In this document: positions 53,866-64,000 of the stretch, in pieces
Position numbering within the stretch: the first letter of the stretch is position 1
Layout of the letters: every line of letters starts with the position of its first letter
Origin: Octopus sinensis
Lineage: Eukaryota
Reading direction: 5' to 3'
Length of the DNA: 64,000 nt
Assembly: GCF_006345805.1 (NCBI RefSeq)
Contig: NC_043001.1
Location: forward strand, 71,300,001-71,364,000
Program-made: the position numbers and the translations under genes
The notes under the pieces: generated by a model
Told to the model about the DNA's origin: nothing
What the model saw: the letters and a program-made list of their open reading frames with translations, nothing else
Databases searched by the model: none

Positions 53866-54586
53866 ATATTCATATAGGGAGACATTGGTAAGAAAAAATT
53901 GTACAAATATGGCTACCTCGAGGTAAAATGTACTTTTCGCTCTGTTTCGTATTTGAAAGAATGTCGGAATGAAAAATTGATGACACTGTTGATAATTGGT
54001 AGTAAATGAAATCGTAGCTCCATAAAATGTAAATATATATGAGATACATTAATACGTATCTCATATAATTAGTCACAACTAATTTAGCAAGTATGATATA
54101 GATACAATCACCAGTTATTGTTGTTGTTTGACTGAGAATATATTTCATTTATTTTCATAAACCAAAGATTTTATGTTAAGTTATAACTTCCAAATGTCGA
54201 AATTTCAATTGATTCTCTTTGGTAAGTGTGGATTGACTACGGAAATATAACAGGTATGAATCAAAATAGTTCATCGCTTAGGGAAATGCTAGGAGTTAAA
54301 AGTTTGTTTTTCATAGAATGAAATCATTATATATCTTTGACATGCAAAGCCGCAGGTAATCATATTCCAAATGAAAATGTTTGAGATTTCTCATTTAAGC
54401 AAAAGATAGAAACCCAGAATAGGACCCTGGAGAGGTGAAATGCAAAGTTGAAATCGGGACGTACAGTGCCCGAAGAGATTGTGCTGGGCATTCTGCCCGA
54501 CACGCTAACAATTTTGCCACCGTGCCACTTTCTCCAATCCACCGTTACTATTGTGACAATATTGCGTATGTATGTATGTATGTATG

Positions 54587-54625
<39 letters not shown>

Positions 54626-55005
54626 GTACCCTCAATATAATATTAATATATAATATTATATATATTATATATATTAGAGAGAGAGAGAGAGAGAGTTAAT
54701 CCAAACAAGAAGCACAAAAAAACACAACCGCGCAGGGACGGACGTGGAACAATAATGTATTATTGGACGCCTCAGGAAAGAAGGAAAAGAAGGAGGGTTT
54801 AGCGTTTCGAGCGGAGCCTTCGTCGGAAACATAGGAGAAGGAAAGATCCAGGGAAGGGAAGACAGAGGAAAAAATCGCCAACGGTACACACGAGGTCATA
54901 CCCTTTGCTTAGTTCGATTCGTCGTCTTTTTAACAACAACCACAAAGTGAATATGTTTTTCCCCTTCAACAATAGAGAGCAGTCATCGTATTTTCTACCA
55001 TTACT
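51185..55005. repeat. Dispersed ~0.8-kb direct duplication (51185-51980 and 54157-55005)
   Basis: Colinear blocks comprise unique sequence, a degenerate SINE A head, TA microsatellite, an H1 repeat and the start of a fold-back arm; the copies have diverged. Confidence 0.85.
52873..53094 (-). mobile_element. SINE family B, internally deleted, alternative 3' tail
   Basis: Same head as 21352-21724; the tail CATCTGATGGTCTGGTCAGTCACGT is shared with 58522-58798. Confidence 0.75.
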
Positions 55006-55360
55006 GCTACACTGAAGAGTGCAGGGTTGCATAATCGGGTTGTTACTTCTCATCCCTTAGAAACCCTAGTCCGAAACCAACGGGTAAGGTCGGCCGTAAT
55101 GGATATATAATACTGTACACTAGGATTAGTACATACATTGTATGTACTATTATATATCCATTACGGCCGACCTCAACCGTTAGTTTTGGACTAGGGGTTC
55201 TAAGGGATGTTAAGTAACAACCTGATTATGCAACCCTGCACTCTTCAGTGTTGCAGGAGTAATGGTAGAAAATACGACGACTGCTCTCTATTGTTGAAGG
55301 GGCAAAACATTCACTTTCGGTTGTTTGTTAAAAAGACGACAATCGAACTAAGCAAAGGGT

Positions 55361-55362
<2 letters not shown>
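54898..55362. repeat. Fold-back element: ~215-bp arms (54898-55112 / 55148-55362)
   Basis: The arms are reverse complements with scattered differences; the centre holds a perfect hairpin TAGTACATAC-ATT-GTATGTACTA (55127-55149). Confidence 0.9.
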
Positions 55363-55408
<46 letters not shown>

Positions 55409-55481
55409 ATATATAATGTGTGTGTGTATGTATTATATATAATATATATATATATATACATACACGCATTCACACACACAT

Positions 55482-55525
<44 letters not shown>

Positions 55526-55540
55526 ATATATATATGATAT

Positions 55541-55583
<43 letters not shown>

Positions 55584-55619
55584 CCATGATATATATATGA
55601 TATTATGATGTTATCAAAA

Positions 55620-56480
55620 GGCGGCGAATTGGCAGAAGCGTTAGCACGCTAGCCGAAGAGCTTAGCGGTATTTCGTCTGTCTTTATGTTCTGAGTTCAAA
55701 TACCACCGAGGTCGACATTGCTTCCCATCTTTTCAGGGTCGATAAATTGAGTACTAGTTGCGTACTGGGGTCGATCTAATCGACTACCCCCTCCCGACTT
55801 TCGAGCCTTGTGTCAAGTGTAGAAAAGAATATATCATGATGTCATTAAGTTCCTTTCATTAACATTATAACAGCGAGCTGGCAGAATTGTTAGCACGCTG
55901 GACGAAATGCTTAGCGGTATTTCGTCTGCCGTTACGTTCTGAGTTCAAATTCTGCCGTGGCCGACTTTACCTTTCATCCTTTCGGGGGTCGATTAAATAA
56001 GAACCAGTTACGCACTGGAGTCGATGTAATCGGCTTAATCTCTTTGTCTGTCCTTGTTTGTCTCCTCTATGTTTAGCCCCTTGTGGACAATAAAGAAATA
56101 AGAAACGTTAACACGCCGGGCGAAATGCTTGGCGGTATTTCGTCGGTCGTTACGGTCTGAGTTCAAATTCCGCCGAGGTCGACTTTGCCTTTCATCCTTT
56201 CGGGGTCGATTATATAAGTACCAGTTACGCACTGGGGCCGATATAATCGACGTAATCCGTTTGTCTGTCCCTGTTTGTCCTGTCGGTGTTTATCCCCTTG
56301 TGGGTAGTAAAGAAATAGGCATTTCGTCTGTCTTTACGTTCTGCGTTCAAATTCTGCCGAGGTCGAATTTGCCTTTCGTCCTTTCGGGGTCGATAAATTG
56401 CGTACAGTGGTCGATCTAATCGACTGGACCCCTCCACAAAAATTTCGGGCCTTTTGCCTAGAGTACAAAAGAATATATTG
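55620..56480 (+). mobile_element. Cluster of four head-to-tail SINE family A copies (partly truncated)
   Basis: The GTTCTG(A/C)GTTCAAAT..C.CCG.GG.CGA.TTT.CCTTTC.TCCTTTCGGGGTCGAT core recurs near 55690, 55935, 56155 and 56340. Confidence 0.8.
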
Positions 56481-57633
56481 TTTTATATGCGTGTACGTGT
56501 GTGTTATTCTGAAATTATGTTTGCATGTAGTCCTATTTCGAAAAAAATGTTTGCGAATAAAATGGAGAGAGCCTAATATTTAAGTGTAAATTTATTGTGT
56601 TTTTTAGTTCAAGCTCCTTACATCTCATTGCTCAGATTTTCTTTTTCGGTAACAATTTGCAGACAGAGATCACTACTTAGAGTTCTCCATAGGAGTCACT
56701 TTACACTGAATTAAATCAGTGACATGTTGTGGATTTCCTCTTCCTTTCTTCGAGATTGTAGTCTTATAATTTTAACTTCCGGATGTGGAACACTGTCTTG
56801 CTGACAGCTTAATGTAGTTCATTTGTTCTGATATTGCTAAACATTAAAAGTTATTTTACGACGGCATTTACATTTTAAAGCGCTCTTCCGGTATAGAGTG
56901 TCTGTACTTTTAGTTAGAATTAAAATGTCTCATTATTACATATATTGTAGAAAAAGTAGAACCTAATAAGAATCAAGGAATTAATGTGTCTGTCCTTTTC
57001 CTTGCCGTTCAGTAGCTAAGTGATTCGTGAAATAACGCTTAAAAGTTTATTCAGATACACCTATGTATAATTAGGTGCATTTTAGATTGCAGGCAAATAT
57101 AATTTGCTGCATTTTAAATACAAATAATTGCACATCATATTTTTGATATATCAGTTTGATATTAAGTTAATGATCAAGGTGACAAGGGCAAATTTAGGTA
57201 GCTAGTAATTTTGATAGCTTTTCTGTCGTTGTAGTCAAGATGTGCATTCAATAATCTGTGAACTGTAGCAGAATTTAGTAGCTTATATGGCCCCTAATAT
57301 TTGCAAGAGACCTACAAGTCATTCCACAGCGACCACAACTCAACCCTTTAGCAACAGCTCGACCCTCTGTGAATCTTCTGGCTGGTTCACACACTCCGGT
57401 GCATAAGGTGCACAAGAGAACATGCTTAGTCTTACTCAGCCACAAGCACGGTCACGGAAGCGTCTCCTTCTACCTGTATGTTTTATATATATATATATAT
57501 ATATTCGTATTTATAAATATATACATATATACGTATTATGCACACACAAACACACAGATATCGTATATAATATGTATTTCTATATATTTGCTGGATCACT
57601 GAAATCTAGAAGTTTTTTTATTCTCTCTCTCTT

Positions 57634-57701
<68 letters not shown>

Positions 57702-58415
57702 TTATTTTCTCTTACTACTTTCTGTTGAAGACCGTAGATTCGTGACGTAAAAGGCTTTTTTCATTTTCCCAGCGTCAAATAAATACAATTGCTTGTTGTT
57801 CATACACCTGTCTTTGTCGGTTATTTTTCTATAAATTTTAACTATCTATCTATATATTAATATCAATTTCTACCCTTATTTGATTTTAAATAAAAAAAGT
57901 TCTCTAACCGGTAAATTGGCTGCTGTAGTTTATTAACTGCAGAGTAATTTCCGACCTCAGCGCGCCAAAGTGAAGGCATTTGAAAGATACACATAAATAT
58001 AAATTGTAGAACTTTATACATACTGGATTTCCGTTGAGCGTTCTGTATCTAGTTCTGGAAATTGTGTTTTGTAAACGACAGACTATGCTGATGATCTTGC
58101 AGATGTTTGCGTGTCCATATACGTAAATATTAACAAGTGAAACTAATTAGTACATAGGTAATCGTTTTTTCTATTTCGTATATTTTCATTTGTCTTCCTT
58201 ATTTTTACGCTTTGTTTTTTTGCTGAGGTTTTTCTTGTGAACACATTCTTCGTGGAAAATGGCAATTTAACGTCTATATCTAACATATAGGCTGTCCACT
58301 TATAGTGGTCAGTCCTCTAAATTTTATATGTAAACATTTTTTAAATCTTCGGATTTTTTAAAATATGCTAGGCCACTGGTTTTAATTGATTGATATCAAT
58401 TTCTACCCTTATATA

Positions 58416-58506
<91 letters not shown>

Positions 58507-58521
58507 TGTGTGTGTGTGTGT

Positions 58522-58791
58522 GGAGGCGCAATGGCCTAGTGGTTAGGGCAGCGATTCCCAGACCGGGCGTTGTGTGTGTTTATTGAGCGAAAACGCCTAA
58601 AAAGCTCCACGATGCTCCGGCAGGGGGTGGTGATCCCTGCTGTACTCTTTCACCACTCTTTCTCCCACTCTTTCTTCTGTTGGCCTGCTCGCTTAGCCAG
58701 CGGGGTGGCGTCATTCCAAGGCAAAAACAATACGAACGCATTGTGACCAGCGATGTGTAACAACGTCTGATGGTCTGGTCGGTCACGTGAT

Positions 58792-58798
<7 letters not shown>
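58522..58798 (+). mobile_element. SINE family B with deletion in the tRNA-related head
   Basis: GGAGGCGCAATGGCCTAGTGGTTAGGGCAGCG^ATTCCCAGACC lacks the anticodon-arm/B-box segment present at 21352-21724. Confidence 0.8.
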
Positions 58799-58844
<46 letters not shown>

Positions 58845-59057
58845 TGACTGTGTGAATTAAACCAACATGTTTGTGAAAACTCATTTACTGTGGTAACTGT
58901 CTGGCAAGAGAAATTCCCCTTATAGACATTACATGCAAAAAAACTTAGCGTGTACGTTTCCTAGCCGACCAACATATAACGAGAACGTAAATTATACAGT
59001 CCCAGTTATGAAGCACTGTAGGACGTCAAGCACTAGCAAACACTCATATATGTGTAT

Positions 59058-59104
<47 letters not shown>

Positions 59105-59118
59105 TATACATATATATA

Positions 59119-59152
<34 letters not shown>

Positions 59153-59923
59153 TAATATATATATATAATATATATATACATATATATATATATATACATA
59201 TGTATAATTCAGATTCAGTGGTATTGTCCGTACAATTCGTAGAAAGATGAATAAAATCAAAATAAGCATCAGGATATCAAGAAGTGATGCGCAGTACAAC
59301 CGTTTCTAGCGGCTACATTTAATTGCACAATGCAGACATTACATCAATTTAGATGCAGGGTTATTCTCAGCTGCATAAATAAATAGAATTTTTTAATCAC
59401 ATTAATATAATTTTGCTTAAATCTCTAATAGAGCAAGAAGAGGGAAAAGTCCATGTTGCTACTAATGTAGCTCAAGGTATACTACGCTTCTAAGAACTGC
59501 ATAAAGTTTGTTAGGGTCATAGCTTGTAATGGATTGTGGTTCATTTTTAATTTATTAGTCTTTTTATGAACGGCCAGATCTAAGGCTAGAAGACAGTTTA
59601 GAATGGATAGACGGAGTGAGATAACAGCTTATAGTTGGGTATAGTCATAAATATTGTCAGGATTTGGTAGTAGATAAAATTAATGTTATGATTGTATTTT
59701 TCTATTAAAAGGAGCCACTGGAAACGGTCTTACTGCATCACCTCTTGATATCCTGTTGCTAATTTTGATTATGTATATATATATATATATGTATACATAT
59801 ATATATATATAATATATATATATGTAGGTCCCGGGTTGATCCGGGGTTAACCACAGTAAGTAAGGTACTCAATTATTCTCTTGAATGAAACAGTACTAGT
59901 CCTGTAGAAGCTCCTTCTATATA

Positions 59924-59963
<40 letters not shown>

Positions 59964-59970
<7 letters not shown>

Positions 59971-60270
59971 TTTATATATAGAGGGCATTATACATACATG
60001 CCAGAAGGCATTATACATACATGCCAAACGCTAAGAGGGACAATCAGTCATTTCTACCAAAAATATTACTAATCCCACCGAATGCAATTTTTCAAAGTAA
60101 GACATTTAAAAATATAGACCTGTATCACAGTGATTTCATACTTACGTAATCATCAGCAGGCCTGAATGTATTATAAATAAACAACGACCCTGCCCCGCTT
60201 AAGCGTTTGGCATGTATGTATAATGCCTTCTGGCATGTATGTATAATGCCCTCTATATATAAATTAATAT
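59964..60270. repeat. Short fold-back: ~80-bp arms (59964-60042 / 60191-60270), each carrying the same internal tandem duplication
   Basis: GGCATTATACATACATGCCA occurs twice in the left arm and its reverse complement twice in the right arm. Confidence 0.85.
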
Positions 60271-60772
60271 GTTCAATAAGAAATAATTATTTTCGAAATT
60301 TTTTCTCTTATGAGGTTTTTACGCTATCTACCTGACAATTTCTTGTTAAGTTTTCCTTATTAAGTGGTTGTCCTTAATTGCTATATATATATATATATAT
60401 ATATATCAACATCTCAAATATAAGATTTCTTCCCTGAAGTCGGAGGCTCGTATCATCCGACAATGGAATCAATTTACAACCATTACTTTGTATTATCAAC
60501 CCCCAGAAACAGCTGTTGAATTTAATACTCTTCAACCTCTTTAATTCTTGAAATCATTTCTATTCTTTGTAAGGCAGACATTTTGCATATAAACATATAC
60601 ACTTCTTTTGTATTTAATGTATTTAATATTCTTTGTATATCGATATGCCTAACTTGCGTATCCTTACATTAGCTTCTATATATGCTCAAATTTAACATTC
60701 TTGAGCTTTACTAAGTGCATTGTATACGGAGAATATCTGATTTTCATCAGTGAACTATATATATATTTTCCC

Positions 60773-61239
<467 letters not shown>

Positions 61240-61509
61240 TCTTGAGTAAATCATAACTCCGAAAGAGAAGCACACTCTGAGTATTATAGCTATACAGTAA
61301 TTAAATAAAGATATTTATGGCTGGTCTATTGGGTTACTCAGTGTTTCACGTCAATAAAGCGCTTCGCTTTGCGGCGTCTCTTCAAACTCTTCAAACGGTG
61401 GTCTGTAACCTATCTTCCAAGTGGAAGAAGAAAATACCTTATAGTAAATTGAACACAATCACTAAGTAGAATATTTAAGTGCAAGGGATTGTCTCCCTTA
61501 GAACGCTAT

Positions 61510-61760
61510 CCCTAATCGGCAGGTAGGTTCCAATATTTCAGTAAGACTCTCCTGAAGTGTAGGCAGTGGCCGAAGAATTCTGTCCTACAATATAAGATGT
61601 TCCGCGGGTCGAGGGAGTTCTTTAATATTCTCACCCGTCTCAGCTAAGCAGAGCTTGCAACGTTTGCTCCGTTGATGTACTAGTCCGTTTTTCTAGGATC
61701 TTTCATGAGACTACGTGTGGAATATCTTCCTCCTTCAGGCGTCACATATGGCTGGCCAAG
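61510..61760 (-). mobile_element. Degenerate Penelope-like C-terminal fragment
   Basis: Frame-bridged SKRCKLCLAE..RILKNSLDPRNILYCRTEFFGHCLHFRRVLLKYW parallels SGRCGLCDMERWLIWKSSLDPTTCLNTRTELFGSCPHVTKFLLRFW at 35930-36166. Confidence 0.7.
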
Positions 61761-61905
61761 GAGGTGGTATTATATATATACATGCATAAGTATGTATACA
61801 TATACATGCATATATATATATACATACATATATATTCATACATATACATACATATATATACACATATACATACACATATATACATATATACATATGTATA
61901 CATGT

Positions 61906-61944
<39 letters not shown>

Positions 61945-62020
61945 TACATAAGTATATATATTTATTTATATATTTATACAAACATGTATATAGATATACA
62001 TATATATATGTGTGTGTGTA

Positions 62021-62617
62021 TATATATCAATTTTTGTGAATTTTAAATTGTCTTTGCAGTTAAATCTATTTACGGATTTACGCATTGTTTTGCATCATTT
62101 TAATCCTTCTGGAATAAAAAATAAAAATATAAATTGTTCTTATGTATGGCGACTTTTCAATCACCCTATATATATATATAAATGTATATGTATTTTTTCA
62201 ATGTGTACAAATAACACGCAAATAATTAATAAATAGCTACCAGGTATCAAAATTAATTCACATAAGTACCAAGGATGTTACAGCCTACTTATAGAGGTAG
62301 AAATTCCAGGGGATAGTGAAATGTTTTTGTATATATAGATAAATAAAGAAATGTAATTAAAAGCAGGTGTTATTCAAATATTTATACTTCCGACATATGT
62401 TTCGAAGAAAATATTCGTATTATTCCAGAAGGATTAAAATGATGCAAAACAATGCGATCAGAAAAAAAAGAGAAACAAACCACATCAATAAGCCATTTTG
62501 ACCGAATGTGATTACTGCGTCTATCATGAAAGGAACACTGGCAAGTTAGTTTTTTAAATATCCGTAAATAGATTTAACCGCAAAGACAATTTAAAATTCA
62601 CAAAAATTGATATATAT
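62021..62617. repeat. MITE-like fold-back with split inverted arms, bounded by TA
   Basis: 62021-62077 pairs with 62560-62617 and 62081-62116 pairs with 62421-62456; the left arm lacks ~100 bp present on the right. Confidence 0.8.
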
Positions 62618-62755
62618 AAGCAAGAATCGCAGTAGGGAATTGTATCAGTGAACAGGTCGCAGTTTCAAAGCGACAAAAATATTTCGACAAATTATATTAA
62701 AATGTTGATGTGAATTTAACAGTTTTTGTGTGTTTTTAAATGGCTTATAAACATG

Positions 62756-63455
62756 TAAGTAGAAAGAATAGCCAAAACTTTTTGACTGCTTTTTCTAAAT
62801 TCGGTGTGTGGTGAGGCAAATCGTTGCTAAACCCTTAATTACGTAGTATTACTTAAACCTTCCTTGAATGGGGCTTTTACATGCCGAACTCTACTTGGTG
62901 AAATTAATGATTATTTCTAAATTAATTAATTAATTTCACCCTTTATTATTGATAATTATATTTCATCCCAGTAAAAACAACTGTACCATCTTATTTTGGC
63001 AGCACGCTGGCGGAAGGGGGATGGTGACATACTTTCATTCACCTTTTGAATTTGGTGGTACTGGTAATGGCTTACGCTCGCTCTGATACCATGGGTTGAG
63101 GTGATGTCTTCTAGTGCCTTCAAATTTAAAACACAATTATTAATAATTGAGAGGCAATTATTTATAATTGAAGAGTCCTACGCTGAAGAGGAAAATAGTT
63201 AGGTAAGACATAATTATTTAATTTTTATGCTCTGCTATGACTTAATTCCGAAACGTACGTCCGTAAGTGACTTAATATAGAATGATTGTCGTCATTTCTT
63301 TCTCTTTTGCCTGCGTCGTTTGCTCTTTAAGTGCTGTGGTTTTACTGGGACTTCCCTTTTAAGTAGAAAGAATAGCCAAAACTTTTTGACTGCTATTTCT
63401 AAATTCGGTGTGTGGTGAGGCAAATCGTTGCTAAACCCTTAATTACGTAGTATTA
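62756..63455 (+). mobile_element. 604-bp non-coding unit bounded by 96-bp direct repeats and containing a hammerhead (retrozyme-like or non-autonomous Penelope-like element)
   Basis: 62756-62851 equals 63360-63455 with one mismatch. The ORF track shows no ORF inside, and the unit ends against (TA)n. Confidence 0.65.
63179..63265 (+). ncRNA. Type I hammerhead ribozyme with canonical core
   Basis: TACG-CTGAAGA-GGAA[52 nt]TTCC-GAA-ACGTACGT-C-CGTA has all conserved core nucleotides, G10.1-C11.1, palindromic helix III and a GUC cleavage triplet. Confidence 0.8.
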
Positions 63456-63459
63456 AATA

Positions 63460-63566
<107 letters not shown>

Positions 63567-63630
63567 TATATATACATATATGATATATATATTATATATA
63601 TATATAATATTATATATATATATGTATATT

Positions 63631-63661
<31 letters not shown>

Positions 63662-63837
63662 GTATACATATATACATACATACATACATACACACACCCA
63701 CATAGACACACATGACGGGTTTCTTTCAGTTTACGTTTACCAAATTCGCTCTTTGATCGGCTTGGGGCTATATTTAAAATACTTTCCTATGTCTTCGGAT
63801 TGTAAATATCATACTACACAAACCACGCCGGCGCATA

Positions 63838-63871
<34 letters not shown>

Positions 63872-64000
63872 CTGTGTGTGTGTGTGTGTATACACGTATA
63901 AATGCATGCATACATGTATATGTAGTTGTCTTTCTCTACTTTGTTGTACCCAACATAGCCATACTGGAACACCGCCTAAACATTAAATGTTCCGTGTGTT

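Noticed and set aside
62388-62410. Minus-strand CTTC-GAA-ACATATGT-C-GGAAG looks like the 3' half of a hammerhead
   Set aside because: No CTGANGA or matching helix II 5' strand upstream.

Overview
This is a 64-kb window of very AT-rich, microsatellite-dense animal DNA. The SINE families, TA/TAGA/TAA arrays and element mix suggest a cephalopod such as Octopus, which is my inference. I found no convincing host protein-coding exon, and almost all ORFs in the supplied track are translations of microsatellites. The recognisable content is mobile DNA: a full-length but frameshifted DD34D mariner (37385-38666), a long-TIR Tc1/mariner deletion derivative, a DD37D maT remnant, R4/Dong-type REL LINE ends inside (TAA)n, RTE and CR1 LINE fragments, three Penelope-like (GIY-YIG-region) fragments, Helitron pieces, three tRNA-derived SINE families, two divergent copies of one gag/ORF1-like family, and many local fold-backs and duplications. 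The most interesting signal is a set of type I hammerhead ribozyme motifs. One has a fully canonical core (63179-63265) and lies in an ORF-less 604-bp unit bounded by 96-bp direct repeats, resembling a retrozyme or non-autonomous Penelope element. Another sits just after a Penelope GIY-YIG ORF (36288-36348). Six minimal variants occur in two short repeat families that show compensatory changes in helix I. All structural calls were made by eye, and none was computed or searched.
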